A stretch of DNA of 64,000 nucleotides from Glaucostegus cemiculus. Taxonomy: Eukaryota. Where the stretch lies: assembly GCA_976551045.1 (NCBI GenBank), contig CDPCPM010000007.1, positions 16,802,001-16,866,000 on the forward strand. Direction: 5' to 3'. The notes below the pieces were generated by a model, which was not told the DNA's origin, ran no database searches, and saw only the letters and a list, made by a program, of their open reading frames with translations. Shown here piece after piece: positions 1 through 14,717 of the stretch (the first letter of the stretch is position 1; each line of letters begins with the position of its first letter). The translations under genes were made by a program, and so were the position numbers.

Positions 1-2189
1 TATCTATTCTGGTTCCCTAATCCTTAATGAACTAAATCGAGTCCAATCAGGAGAGCATTTGAGTGAAGTTCTCAGGTAATTGCTAATTAACAATTAATGG
101 TGGCTGGTGAAGTCTTGACAATGTATCCAACAAAATGTTTCCAAAATCTTTAAACCTCCAGCAGCAAATGAACAATTCAATGTGATATATATTTAAGTAG
201 CATTCAAAATCCCATGCTTATTCACGATTAGGAGAAATAATAAGGTCAAGGGCTTATACTAAAATGCCATCCAAAAACTTGCTAACAGGCAACTTAATTG
301 GCAATCAGCCAGATAATGATTCTCTTAACACATGTTTCAAGTGTGTCTTGCATGAAGCACAGGCTAAACCAGCAGTTGAGCTTAAACCCCCACTTTTACC
401 ATCCCGGGAGTTCTTTATCACTGGAAGTATCTGGAGAAAAATTGCCCTCAAAGGACATGTCTGTACATCAAATTAGGTCTTGATCGAGAGTTGTTCATCA
501 GACTGTGATGTATTTAGTTAAGGGCTGAAACATCCAATGCATAACAGGCATCTGCACAGGTTCTCAATACATCCCAATATATTTGTCAAACAAACCACTG
601 CCTGCACTGACCGCATCTGTACATCAAGATCCACTTAGACCCTTGCAATTTTCCACAATTTATTTTATTCTGTTGCATCACTTAACCCAAATTTTATTTC
701 CATTAACAGGGTGTGATCCAATCACACCAATGTATTTTGCTCTGTGTTTTCCCTTAGGGTGTGCTAAGTGGTCTAAATGGGAGGAGAAAGTGGAGTGGAT
801 GGCAGTCTCTTGGGATGGAGGTCCATTAGCAGCTTATTCTGGGCCGGTAGATTATTGTGCAACTGCAGGTGCCACGGGTATTGAGGCAGTGGCTGCTTGT
901 GTGATACAACTTGAATGGAGCAGATGGTTATCACGATGTAATATTGTCCTGAGGGACATCACTGTCATCAGTAACTACAGAAACATCTGAATTTTGAATT
1001 AAATTTTGTTGGATACATTTAAAGAAAATTGAGAAGGCAAAAAGGGAAGTGGGGTATTTGAGTTTATTAATGATAAATAACGGCATCAACAAAAATCATC
1101 AATGAGATAGAAACGGAGAGAGATATGAGATAATAAAAGTTAAATCAACAGTATTCCTAACAGTGGCAGGTGGAGAAAGAAATATGCAAACGAATTAGGA
1201 AAATTAGTAAATCCATAGAAAGTAAAGATAATGGGACTTTCGCCTGTCTCAAATTTACTTGGCCAGAGGATAGTGTTCAAGCTCTTTGACTAGAACAATG
1301 ATGTCAGAGTGATGGAAGTTCACTAATCTGATACCATTGTTTAAAGAGTAGGAGGAAGTGACCATAGGCAAGTCATCCACCGCAGTGGTAGGCAAGTAAA
1401 TGGAAAACATTCTGAGGCGCAGGATGGAGCAGATCCTCCAACAATGATCCAGATGCCTGACCTTGCCAGCAGCTCAGCACTGGGAACATAATGTTTCCTG
1501 AGTGCTCTCCACAGGAGGACAGCCTCCAGCACATTGGTCCAATCACCTGCCGGTGCTTACTTAAGTAACAGTTTCGGGCTTTTCTTATTGTCCTAGGCTG
1601 TTGGCCTATCCTTTAATATTCCTCCCTTCAGCCCAGCAGGGAGCTCAGCATTCCACCTGCATCTTCTAGTGCTTGGTGGGATAAGCTCTGCGACCAGTGA
1701 CCCAGTTAATGCTAAATTTGAGTTGGCACACCTGGACTGCTGAACCATAGAAGAACTCTCAGGAGAATTTCTAGGTGTGACAATGTATCAGTCAAACCGC
1801 ATATATCACCCAGCACACTCTTGAATGGTATTGTACCCATTCTGAAGCTTGGTGCCCAGACCGTTACACAGTACCCTCCAGTTCCAGCAGCACCTTCCTG
1901 CTTTTACATTTTATGCCTCTGCCAACAGAGCCAAGTATCCCAAATGCAATTTTTACCACAAGATCTGTGTCCCACCATCTCTGGACATGCACTTCAACAT
2001 CTACACATTTCTCAATATCCCACCTTTATTTGAGTATTCCTTTGCTCAGTTTGTCCTGCCCAAGTATATTCTCTGAGTTCAATTCTCTGGATTTAAATTC
2101 ATTTACCACTTTTTTAATCACTTGATCGGTCCATTATCGTCTTCTTGATGCTACAACTTTCTTCCTCCTTGACAACATAGTTAAGATCT

Positions 2190-2470
2190 TAATTGAGGAT
2201 GTAGAACAGAGAACAGAGTGATGGCTGAGAAGAGGAAGGTACAATTGCTGATGGTGGTAGGGTTGGATACATGTGAAACTTTGGTGAGGCATTTGGCACC
2301 ACAAACCACCACCGAGGTATCATATGAGGAAATAGCCCAGACCCTGAAGGACATTGCATTGTGAAGGCATGCAATTTTTAAGAGATGAAAGATTGGCGCA
2401 TATAACCAGGGATCGAAGAAAACACTGGCAAAAACATGGCCAGACAGAAGATACTGGTAAAAAGGTGGAG
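2190..2470 (+). mobile_element. Possible decayed Ty3/Gypsy gag fragment
   Basis: Frame reads LLMVVGLDTCETLVRHLAPQTTTEVSYEEIAQTLK, resembling Gypsy gag N-terminal motifs; weak. Confidence 0.35.
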
Positions 2471-5400
2471 TTTCAGACGTACTTGATTGAAGATTACAAG
2501 GTGGATTAGTGTATAAACTGGTTGACAAGGGAATTTGAGCAAAACTATTTAATAAAGTTGACCTAACATTTGACCAGTTGAGTTTATAACTGGTTGAATT
2601 TATTAAATATAAGGAAAATTTGTTGGATAATTTCGATTGAGTAATTTATTTAACTGATTGAATGAATTTATTTCCTTTGTAAAGGGAAACAAGAGTGGTG
2701 TATATACATATATGGGGTACCTTTCAGAACTGAGTGAACTATGATGCTGGTCAGTCAAGGGTTAGTGTCTTCAAAAAATGCTCTGTTTTTGCTCTCCTTC
2801 AGTGATTGTTTTTATTTGCAGCAATGTAAAAGAAACTCTGTGATATTAGAGGTGCACTGGAGATTTACAAGGATATGGTTATATTTGGAATATTTTAGGT
2901 ATGAGGCTGGGGTGGGATTAATTTCTGTGGAATAAAAGAGGCAGAATGGATTGGGAGATGGTCATTCCCAGGCTCTTGTGTGGCACAATGGAAACTTGCC
3001 ATTAACCACCACATTTCAGTTGTAAAGACCTTGCTGCAGGTCGACAGAGATTGCCCACCTCACTCCATCCTCCTTTAGGTGTAGTAGGTAGCAGCAGCTA
3101 CCTGGAATGCTCCACTGGTTACAGAGCTCAGGTTTATTGCGACTGTAGTGTGATGCAGCAGGCAGCGAGAACTTTGTCATCAGTTTAGTATTGTGTAATT
3201 ATGCATTCTACTTAGTTTATTAACACTTAGTGATATGTGTAAACAACATTGTTAATAACCACTGGTGTGGTAATTGTTAATGTGTTAAACAGCTAAACTA
3301 CGCCTTGTTTGCTATAGTGATTTGTCATTTGACAGGAAGGGCATGTCATGTGACTGGAAGTTGTTTGAGGGGAGAACTTCACCTTTGGACTGGGATTGTG
3401 AGTGGTACCAAGAACCATAAATGGAGAAGACATTCTTACATCTGCATTGCCAGGAGTCCAGAACAGTAGAAGGAATGTGAGGATGAGGATTTGCTTGAGG
3501 ACTTTGTGTTTCTTAAATCACTCTATTCAACTTCCCTTTTGAAATGTGGACATGGGTGATATTAAGGACTATGTGTGGTACTAAGGACTATTGATAACTC
3601 TTGCATCTGCTGTTGCCAAGGATCTTCACCGGCAAAAGGGATGTGAGTCATTTACTTTAATGGGGCAAACTTCCTTCTCCTTGTTACTAATTGCTTAATA
3701 CAACAATTTTCTCAAATATATTGATTGGATCAGAACTGTGGTGTAATACACCAGTGTTTTGCACAGGGACATTCAGACAACGTGGTCCAGGTATGGGTCT
3801 GCCATGGGAAAAAATGACAAGTGGCAGTGTCCAACTCCCCTGAAAAGTATTAGCTTGCAGATATTTTGTTTTTATGATACATACAAATAGGTCAGTTGTT
3901 CCTAGGAGATCATGCCCTTGGGCCTATTGCTCCTGCTTGTGGAGACACCGGATGCCCAAGAACCACTACCAAAGCACTCATCTTTAACCAAAGCTGGAAT
4001 GAAAAGGAATTAAGGTTAATGCTGATATTTAGATAAGAGATGAGGGAAGGGGGCTTGAGTGGAGTATATGTGCTTGCATGGAGTGCTCGGGCTATATGAC
4101 CCTTTTCTATGATGTGCATTTGATGTGATTCCATGCAGGCTGTGCTGACTTCTGCTGTTCCCTGCAATGGAACGCTTCTAAAGCTTGGCAAAAGATCTGT
4201 GTGGGACCAGACAGCTGCAGATGCTTTCTAACTGTCAGTGGTAAAAGCAGATCAGACAGACTGATTTTGACTGGTCCATATCTGGGGCATTCAAGATAAA
4301 AGTTGTGTTTTCACCAGTGTTCCTGTGGAGACTGGAGTGAATACAGTTGTCACAGCAGCCTGTCACTTAGTCAGGCAATACGCAGGTACAACTTATGGAC
4401 ACCGAGGAGACCCACAAATAATATCAAAGTGTGAGCATATTTACTTTAGCAACAAACAAGCTGCTGGAGGAATTCAGTAGGTCAGGCAGTACCTGTGAGA
4501 CAAAGTGACAGTTTACATTCTGGGTTGAGGCCCTGTATCAGGACATTTACTTTGGCAATGTTGTGTAGTCCAGATAAGGTCATCACCAGCAATTTTAAAT
4601 GAAAGATGCTTCAATTTTTTTGGAAGTCTTGGTAGGTTGCCTTTTCATATTTGCCTGTTACTTTCGCTCTTATCAGGTTGGAGAAATTTCCTCTTTAAAC
4701 ATAACCAACAGCCACTTGGGACTTTCAAAGAACAAGAGGGTCAAAATATTCTACAGGCAAAACAAGGAACAGAATTGGCTCCATTGAATCAGGACCACAT
4801 GTGCACCCTCAGATAAATCCAAAACAGTGTGAAGTATAGAAACTTCAATTTAATAAATGACCACCAATAGCATCTAAGTAGAAAACATTGTGTAGAATTA
4901 AGATACGTAAATGAATCTAAAGAAAGATTAGGAAGAACAACCTCAATAAAAGATGGGATTTAAGGAGAAAAAGAAAGAGTAGAAGCAAGATTATTGCAGT
5001 GACTGTATCGACTACCTCTGCAAAATGTCACGGGCATTTGCCCTAATATATTATTAAAAATTCTGCATGTGCACTCTGTGTCCACAGACATTAGTTCCTG
5101 TAATCCATCTTATGTCAACATTTGTCATGGAAACTTTAAGCATTTATAATGGGCTTCAGTACATCAACATGTTTTCATGGGAAAACCATATGTAAACACT
5201 TGACCCTAATGGTTTATTGATGAAATAATCTAATTACTGCAAATGATTTAAAATAAAATTGTCTACTTTTTTTCCAGGGGACCTTGCTCCTTTTAAATTT
5301 TCAATTGTGATTCTAAACAAGACCTCTAAGTTCCATATTTCAGAACAATTTGACGATAGCTTTTATTGAATTGTCACATATTTCCATTGTTAGGTTTTGA

Positions 5401-6049
5401 AGACTTCATCCCTTTTGAGCTGTATTTTGTACTTAGTACTTTTGTCCAAATTGATGGCCTACAGTCTGAGTATGTGCAGCCTGTATAATTTCTCAGGAAA
5501 TCTCAATGGCATTTGCCCAGATAAGTGACATAAATTAATTAGAGAAAAGCCAGATGATATATTTTCAGAGCTTCATCTTCATTCATTCTAAATAATTGTT
5601 TTTGATATCTGTGTATATGGGTGAAGGGCAAGCATGGTATAATTTTCATGGAAAATGCTATTTGATGTTCAAATTATAAATAGACAATTCAGCAAGTATG
5701 GTAAGGTGAGAATGTCTCTTCTTAGTATGCAATTTTCTTTTTCAAAATCAGAAGCAATTCTGTTCCTTGAACACATTTCCCTATTCAATTAAATCATAGC
5801 TGATCTCGGTCTGTCATTGCTCCATAACTTCTAATGCAGTGGTTTCCAAACATTTTCAGCTAAGTGGTTTTTTGAGTTCTGGTTGCATTTCCCTAACCAG
5901 GACAGAAATAGACATATGCAAAAAAGTATGCTTTACAACCTACTCATTTGTGAAATCTTAGTAAAACAACTTTCCACTACTTGCAACAAAGTTTCAAGTT
6001 CTGACCCACAGCATAAAGACCTCTGCTAATGTGAGGGGGTTTACCTTTT

Positions 6050-7085
6050 TCTTGGCCCTAGGTCTGTCAGATTATGGGAACTTCTTGAAATCAAACTTCT
6101 GAGGTTGTTCTCTATTTTGTCCAAGAAACAACCTTTCACTATTACTGTTTCCTAATTCTGTCTCTGATTATTGTTTCTGGAAGTTTCCTCACCACTAAGG
6201 TTAAACTGTCTGCTCTAATGACTAGGTTTACCCCTACATTCTTTTATGTTGAATAAGAGCATAACAGTTGCAAATTTCCAGTCATCAGGCACCATCTCTG
6301 AATCTATAGATATTTAAAGGATTATGCCCAGGGCCTCAGCAGTTTACTCTCTAAATTCCCTCAACTACCTTGATTGTATTCCATCTGGACGTGGTGATTA
6401 AGTGCAGCAAGCCATTCTGGTATCTTTTTATTATTTGTTTTTAGCCCATCCAGAATCTCAGTTACACCTTCCTTTGCTGTGGCTCCAGCAGCATCATCTT
6501 CCTTGGTGAAAGTTGATGTGAAATATTCATTCCATATCTCAGCCATGCCTTCTGCCTCTGGGTGTAAATTCCTCTTTAGTGTCTGGTGAGCACCACTTCT
6601 CCGACAACCCTTTTCCTGTTCACATGGTGATTGAGTATTTTTGAATCCCCTTTTGCATTTGTAGCCAGACTTTCCTCGGGTTTTCTTTTTGTCATTTATT
6701 TCCTTTTTCACTTCCCCTTTGAATTTCAGTTATCAACCCAGCACTTGTTTGTATCAACAACTTGGTGTCTGCCAATTGTTATTTTCTCTGCTCTATTTGT
6801 TTGGTCACCCATGGAGATCTGGACTTTTCTTTACCCTTCTACCTAAGGGGAATGTACCTAGACTGCAGCTGAAACATCTCGAAAGGCTTTCCATTCTTCA
6901 TTTAGCTTTCCCTGTCAAGCTTTGATCCCAATGTACTTACATCAGGTTAAAAGTGACCTTTTTCCCAGTTGGCTATATTTTCCATTGGAGAGGTCTATAT
7001 CTTTTTCCACAACTCTGTTAAACTATGCTATTTTGGTCACTGTATCCTAGATGCTCTCACCCCCGCCAATCACTCATCCCATGTC
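6050..7085 (-). mobile_element. Decayed CR1 ORF2 segment (pre-RT to early RT)
   Basis: MAEIWNEYFTSTFTKED ORF; degraded SLTLVVRKL..IIRDRI at ~6150-6215. Confidence 0.75.
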
Positions 7086-7104
7086 CACCTTCCATTTTCT
7101 AGTT

Positions 7105-8225
7105 GACAAGATGTAATGAGTGATGTGCCACAGAGATCAGTGCTACAACCTCAACTTTTTAAAAAAATTATATAAATGGTTTGGAAAGCATTGAATGTAT
7201 GAATGTTAAACTTGATGATGACAAAAATAGGAAGGAAAGCAAGTTGGGAAGAGGACAATAAGGAGACCACAAAGGTTAAATAAATGGGCTAATGATCTGG
7301 CAAATGGAGAACAATATGGAGTTGGAAATGTGAAATTCTCCATTTTAGAGAAAAAATGTAATAGTATTATCTAAATGATGATGGACTGCAGAGCTGAGAT
7401 CCAGAGGGATCTGGGTATCCTGATGCATGATTCACAGAATGCTAGTATGCAGGTGTAGCAAGTAATTAAGAAAATTAACAATATTGTTTATTGCCAAGGA
7501 ATTGAATACAAATTTAGGAAGGTTATGCTTTAGATATAGGGCGTTACAGTCTCAGCATAACTTGGAACGCATTGTGCTCATTTGTTGCTTTCCTTGCTGT
7601 CTACATTGTTGTTCTACTGACATTAGTAGACTTAACTGGGCAGTCATATGTGTTCCAGAGTCCATTAAGTGAGATTAAACTAACAGTGAGAGTTTTGTCA
7701 AGGTGAGACTTCATCTTTGTGCAGAACAGGTTTCCTTCTTCAAAGAAGGATCCAAATATGTTGGAAGTAATTCAGAAAAGGTGTGCCAGACTGATATCTG
7801 GAATGGGTGGGTTGTTTTGAGGAACAGTTGGACGGGCTAAGTTTGCATCTGCTGGAATTTAGAAGAGAGTTAATTGAAACATATGAGATCGGGAGGGTTC
7901 TTGATGGGGTGGTTGTGGAGAGAACGTTTCCTCTTGTGGTAATATCTTGAAAATGGGAGTCACTGTTTAAAAATAAGGGCTCATCCATTTGGGACAAATG
8001 AGGCAAAATGTTTTCTGTCAGAGGGTTGAGTCTTTATAACCTTTTTCCTCAAAGGGATAGAAGCAGAGTTCTTGAATATTTTTAAGGCAGAGTTAGAAAG
8101 CATATTGAAAAATAAGGTGTTTAAAGATTACCATGGGTAAACAGGAATGTGATGCTGAGCTTGCAATCAGATCAGCATTAGATTTATTAAGTGGCTCCTG
8201 GGGTCAAGTGGCCCATTCATTCCAC
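7105..8225 (+). mobile_element. Decayed CR1 3' portion (RT C-terminus to 3' UTR)
   Basis: agtgatgtgccacagagatcagtgct (SGVPQGSVL-like), tggcaaatgga (WQME), CR1 3' UTR-like end. Confidence 0.75.
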
Positions 8226-8554
8226 CAGGGCTCAGGTTAGTCTTCCATCCTCTGAGATTGTGAAGATGATGCATGGCACATCTGTTTGAGTTGTTAATGT
8301 GCTTCTATCTTTGTTCCTCACAAGGACAGCCTCTGGATCCAGCTGTGCAGAGATTGGATAGAATATGCCTCTTGTGTTTCCTCATGAGTTGTGAATCATC
8401 ATGAAAACTCTCTAACCTAGTCCACAAGTGTTAACTATTGCCATGATGAAATGAGTGCTTCTAGGAACTGGTCACAAAACAAATGTAGTAAGGTTGAGAT
8501 ATCCTAATGTTATAAACCAATCTCATCAGATCTCTGCTTCCATCCTAACTGTGT

Positions 8555-10070
8555 TGCCCAGCGAGCTAGTCCTATCTGCCCATGTTTGGCCCATAGCCCT
8601 CTAAACCTCCCCTATCCATGTACCTATCTAGATGGATTTTAAATATTGGTAATGTGCTCACCTCAAGCACTATTTCTAGCAGCTCATTTCAAATATACAC
8701 CATCCTTTGTGTGAAAAAGCTGTTTTTGATGTCTCTCAAATCTCTCACCTCTGATCTTAAACCTATGTCTTCTTGTTTTAGTCTTTTTTTCCAGGGAAAA
8801 GGTGCTATGTGCTTTCACCCTATCTATGCCCTCCATGATCTTTTATTCCTCCTACATTCCCGGGAATAAAGTCCTAGTCTACTCAACCTCTCCTTGTAAC
8901 TCAGGCCACCAAGTCCAGGCAACATCCTGGTAAATCTTTTCTGCACTCATTCTAGTTTAGTAACGTCTTTCCTATAACAGGGTGACGAAAACTGTACACA
9001 ATTCTCCAAGTGAGGTCTCACCAACATATATAACTGCAACCTAACCTCACAACTTCAGTATCCCAACCAATGAAGGCCAGCGTGATAAATGCCTTCTTCA
9101 CCACCCTATCTACCTGAGACACTGCTTTCAGAGAACTATGCATTTGCCCTCCTAGGTCCCCCTGCTCCATAACACACTCCAGGGCCCTACCATTCACTGT
9201 ATAAGTGGTTTGATCTCCTAAAATTTATCTGGATTGAAAGTCATTTGCCAATCCTCATCCCACATACCTAGCTAATCAAGATCCCCCTGTAATTTTTCAT
9301 AACCTTCTACACTATCTACAACACCACCTATTTTGTATCACCTGCAAACTTACTAACCGTGCCTTGTACATTCACATCCAAATTGTTTACAGAAATTACA
9401 AACAACAAAGCACCGACCCCTGTGGCACACTACTAGACACAGGCCTCCAGTCTGAGAAGCAAATTTTGACCATCACCCTCTGCTTTCTAGCACTGAGCTG
9501 ATTGGATTAATAATTGGTTATTTACCACTGGATCCCATGTGATCTAACCTTCTTGACTAGCCTGCCATGAGGGACCTTGTCAAAGACCATATACACAACA
9601 TCCACTGCCCTACCCTAATCCACTCTGTTGGTTACTTCTTTGAAGGACTCCAAGAGACTTGTCAGACACAATTTTCCATGCACAAAGCTGACTGTCCCAA
9701 ATCAGACCCTGTCTCTCCAAATGTTGGTAGATCCTGTCCCTCAGAATCCCTTCCAGCAACTTACCCACCACCGATGTCAGGCTCACTGGCCTGTAATTTC
9801 CTGGCTTGTCTTTGCTACCCTTTTTAAACAATGGTACCCCATTAGCCACTCTCCAGTCCTCCAGAACCTTACCTGCGGTCAGAGATGAAGCAAAAATTTC
9901 TACGTGGGCCTCTGCAATTTCTTCTCTAGCTTCACATAAGGTCCGAGAATTCACCAGGTCAGGCCCTGGGGATTTATCCACCATAATGCACTTTGAGGTC
10001 TCAAGTACCTACTCCCTGGAAATTCGTATGTGGTCCAAAACATCACCACTCATTTCCCTAGCCTCCATCA
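8555..10070 (-). mobile_element. Decayed CR1 LINE
   Basis: DKSPGPD..DWRVANGVPLFKKGSKDKPGNYRPVSLTSVVGKLLE ORF 9610-9984; 3' UTR near 8560-8640. Confidence 0.9.
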
Positions 10071-10573
10071 TTTCCTATAGTTCCATAGCCTCCATAGTTT
10101 TATACCTTTCAGACCCCAACGATCCTTCCTGTCTGCTCTACCTGACCCTCCCTCACTTTGACCAGAGTTACCCACCAGAATCCACACTCTCTATATCCAA
10201 TAGTTCTTCTTCCCTAGCAAGTGTGTCAGATCAAAGGATAGTGTTACCAGAGCCTAGAACCATCTTCAGTGGAAGGAAGCTCTATCCCATACCCTCCCCT
10301 CTTTCTGCACCCCACCCCATACAACTAACATTAGCATTGCAATAACATCACTCTGGAATTTCTTGGGAGATCAGATGAAGCTGAAGCAGAACTGTTACCT
10401 TCCCACTTGAGAAGAATGTGTTAGAGATACCAGTATTTTGACTAGATCCTTGGATGGAGACACAGACAAAGGCGTTTCTAGGCACTTCTTTTCTCTTGAC
10501 TTTCTGCCTGGGAAGTAGGCAGCCCCTGGAGTCTGACAAGAATATCCCTCCCTTAATTTGCTGTTAAAATACA

Positions 10574-10842
10574 GGCAGACATGGTAGTGTAGCAGTTAGC
10601 ATAATGCTATTACAGCACCAGCGACCCAGGTTCAATTACGGCTGCTGCCTGAAAGGAGTTTGTACGTTCTCTCTGTGTCTGCGTGGGTTTCCTCCCACAT
10701 TCCAAAGACGTACAGGTTAGGAAGTTGCGGGCATGCTATGTTGGCGCTGGAAGCATGGCGACATTTGCGGGCTGCCCCCAGAACATTCTACGCCAAAGAT
10801 GCATTTCACTGTGTGTTTCGATGTGACTAATAAAGATATCTT
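10574..10842 (+). mobile_element. tRNA-derived V-SINE with Rex1-type tail
   Basis: A-box-like tggtagtgtagcag, B-box ggttcaattac, V-domain ggagtttgtacgttctc..gcgtgggtttcctcccaca, tail tttcactgt..gtgactaataaag. Confidence 0.85.
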
Positions 10843-10924
10843 CAAATATGCAATGACATTAATCTCTTTTCTTATGTACCAGATGTTACCCCAGATTGAA
10901 TATCCAGCAGAATTAACCAATAGC

Positions 10925-11029
10925 AACAAACAATCTGCTGGAGGAATTCTGCAAACTGAAGCACAACGATGCCTTTCCCCCTCACAGAAGCTGATCGACC
11001 TGCTGCCTTCCTCCAGCAGATTGTTTGTT
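10925..11029. repeat. MITE-like element with perfect 22-bp inverted repeats, same family
   Basis: aacaaacaatctgctggaggaa (10925-10946) / ttcctccagcagattgtttgtt (11008-11029). Confidence 0.85.
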
Positions 11030-14000
11030 CAGATTCCAGAACCTGCAGTCGCGTGTGCTGTCAGAATACCTGCTTAAAGGGGTTTAAAAACCCTTTTGCT
11101 GCATGAGCTAATCTTTCAAAATGTTATTTTGAAATGAGCAAATATTGAATTTTGTTTTCAGTATCAGACAATGTCAAAGTATTTACTTAAAGAAAGCTAT
11201 AGCTTTACACAAACTCTCGCCCCTGTGGGCACAGATGCTTTTCTTCTGTATATTTACAACCAAGTTGAAAGTCAACACTATGAATTTAATATGGAGTAAC
11301 TGTTTTTCTTGAGTAACCATAAATTATTTTAGTTTCTTCACAAAGGAAAGAAATCTGTAAAGTGAAGAGTAATGTACATCTGTTGAATGTATTAAAATAC
11401 TACACCTGGGTCACATACAACCTAGAATGAGAAATGTCTTATTCTTAGCTTTCTTCCCTCAGTTGAAGAATTATACAGACTGTTCTGGTGGCTGGGATCA
11501 CTGACCTCTGCACAATAGGCCATTCCTCTGGACTTCCTCTGCTGTATGAAACTGAATAGTTCAGAAACACATACTATGTTCAAAGGAACTGGTGTAATGA
11601 AACATTACCTATAGACAAATATTTGTCTTTGGTAGTCACAGATTCCAACAATATAACTCTCCAATTTAATAAATAGGTGTTCTGTTACATTGTATGCTGA
11701 TTTAAACTACTTAATGTGTCAATGTTTGGATAATATCATTGAAGGAATATTACAAACAATTGACATTATATTCTCAGTGTGAATTTAAACATCAATTGCA
11801 TAGAAAGTAGTAAGGAGGCCTGAGGTTTACAGCATACTCAAAGTACACTTGTGCTAAGAATGCATGAAGACAGGGCCAGTTGTGGACCAAACTCAGTACA
11901 CCACAAAGAAGCACCTCTGTAATATAACCAGCACTATGAGGGAAGGTGCCTTAAAGAACTTGTTTTAAAATTCCTATCCTCTATTTATTTCCTAACCTTG
12001 ACTCCAATGCTTCTGCAATACACTAGGTAGCCAGCAAAATGATGCTGAGTGCTGATGCCCCATATTGCAGCTGGTGCTCTCAGTGACACATATCTAGAAG
12101 TGTCCCAAATTATGCTGCTTACTCACTTGGGCAAGGTCAGCTCCTTTAGAAGGCACACCAAACTCTGTGGCACTATGCTCAGTTTGCAGTATTGACCTCC
12201 GTGTCGTTGAAATACCTCTCCTTCAGCCACCCTGATATTCTTTTCCTTTTCATTACTTTTATTTGGTCAATTTTAATTGAAAATGGCCCCAAGCACGCCA
12301 GGCAGATATGACTGCCTGTTGAGAGATCTTCTGGTCATTACCTCCCTCTTTCAGCAGCTTGTCCTGCCCTGTGTGTCCTCTGTACATTCTCCCAGTCATG
12401 CTGCTCTCCAGGGTAATATCCTCCAATGCACCTATTTCTAGCAATGACTGTTTTAGGCAGCAGGCATAAAATAATCAAAAAGTGCCTTGCCATATTTCAC
12501 ACGATTCCCTGAAGACTTTAGTAACTTTAGGAGATCTCTAGAAAGCATCATACTCTTGGAAAATTACAGCAACTGGTAGTAAAGATCAATCAGCAAATGC
12601 CTGGTAGCAGGAGCATGGAGAGATGGCCCTTCCTGCTGTTTGTAGCACCTTTGGCTGTTGAGCTCCAAAATGTCAGTCAGTGCTGGCATCAAAATTAGCA
12701 TAGCATGCTAACTGATATGAAGACTTGCCTCCTTTGCTTATTTCTGGTGGCTTAGCTGAACATATGCCAATTCCATCAGCAACATAGTGTCTGCAAGACT
12801 TACACAACAAATGTGTGGAGGCTATTTTGGAACTGATGCAACATTCTTACTGCCTAAAATGTGGATGTAATGGAGTTGCAGTCTGTGGTCAGAAAGAAAG
12901 TAAAATGGTAGTTCATCCCTGACTGACAAGACCACTAATAAGTTATGAAATTGATCCAATAGGGGATAGAAATCTATGCAATAATAACTTTGACAGAAGA
13001 GGTTTGTTAAAATGTTCCAGCAGAAAGAGAATCCACTCTGTAAAAATGTAGGAAAGCTAAGCAAGTACAGAGAAGTTGTACTTAAATCAACCAAATGCCA
13101 GCTAAAAAAAGACAAGTGAGTTACAGCTAAGAGTTGACTAATAGGTTACACCAATTGCAGTTAAGAATCATGATAGACAAGGTGGTGAGTATATAATTGC
13201 TGGGGAGATGAATTTTAAAGTATTAGATGAGAACATAATTTGCATAAACACTTCAACAGGGGCAAACTGGAATATTTGAAAATGTGCTGTGTGTGTCCTG
13301 GAAAAGTGTATATGTAGACTGAAGAATTTGTACTAATTAAGTATGACCCCAACAACAGAGACATAAAGTAAAATGGTGTTTTGTCTCTGACTGTCAGGAC
13401 CAATAATAAGTTATGAATTTGAAGTCCTTTAAGGACTAGGAATCCATGCAACAGTAACTTTGATAAGGCATCTCTATTTCAAAGCAATCCTTTAGAGAGA
13501 AACAAATTGAAGTTTACAGGTATGAGAACAGGTGCATGCAGAAATATATTCAAAGGACAAATAGAGGAGAAATTCATAGCTGCTGGTACAATGAAATCAC
13601 AAAGATCCATAATGGGAAAGTAGCAGGTAGAATAGCAACTTGTTGAGAAGAAGAATATATTAAAGTGTTACTTCATGAAGAATGAAACAGTTATGAACCC
13701 TTGGGAGAAGCTTACTGTGCAAACTTTGAGAATCCAAGTTTTCAAATAAGACATGAGGATAGATAATAAATCTTCTGCACCCAGTGGGATTAATTTTCAT
13801 GCACATGATTAAAATAATGCAATGAGAAGAGTGGAAGAGAACACTACTTGCAACTGCAACAATTTCTGATGATGCGCTGGACACTCAGGAGAACCAAGGA
13901 GGTTTCCGTAGCAGTAAAATCAGAGGTAGGACCTCAAAGAGTATGGGTGTCATCTACAGTGATTGCAAAAGCTGAACAGGAGTAAAATGCCAATCTCTCC

Positions 14001-14717
14001 AAGACTGGCATAGAACCAATTTCCTTAAAGCTTCCTTCAATGGTTACTTATGGAGATTCATATGAGCCTGACTCTTTTTTTGCTCCTGCACAGGAAAGGT
14101 TGTAGAAAGCTTCTCCTTCTTTCTTAGCTGCTTTTCTGAGATGTTTACTTGGAACCTTAAAAGTACCAGTTATCTTGTACTTTGAAAAAAAAAGCATGAG
14201 CAGGTCAGTTAAGCATTCTGATCATGAAAGCTACTGAAATGAGTTTTCTGTTGGATTCAAGCTTATAAATGTATCCTTGATCTTTAGGCTAAGTATGTCT
14301 TTATGGCTGTGTCAAGGCACCATACTGCGCCTCCAAAATTCATTTGTAATCAAAGTAAAAAAAAATACAGATTGTCACAAACCTGAAATAAAAACAATAT
14401 GTTGGGAATATTCAATAGACCAGATGGCATCTATGGAGAAAGAGAGAGAGGAAAAAAATCACAGGTCAATGATCTTTTACCTGAACTGATCACTCTCCAA
14501 ACATGCTGACTGATCTGCTGATTCTTTTTCTCTGGTATTTTCAGCTTTTAACTTCAAAATTCATTCTGTTGACTTTAACATAAGTAATTTTGGAAGCAGC
14601 ACTACTAACAAATATTCCAAATAGTAGGAATGAACTTCCAGAAAATGAGGATTTATTTGGATTACGTGTAGTTATTTTCAGACAATGCTGCCTTAGTGGT
14701 CTCTTGGACTGCAGATT

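Noticed and set aside
3290-4430. Possible LTR and pol remnants of a Gypsy element
   Set aside because: Too decayed; no paired LTR, primer-binding site or clear protein motif could be confirmed.
10574-10650. tRNA gene
   Set aside because: A/B boxes belong to a SINE head followed by a V-domain; no complete cloverleaf.
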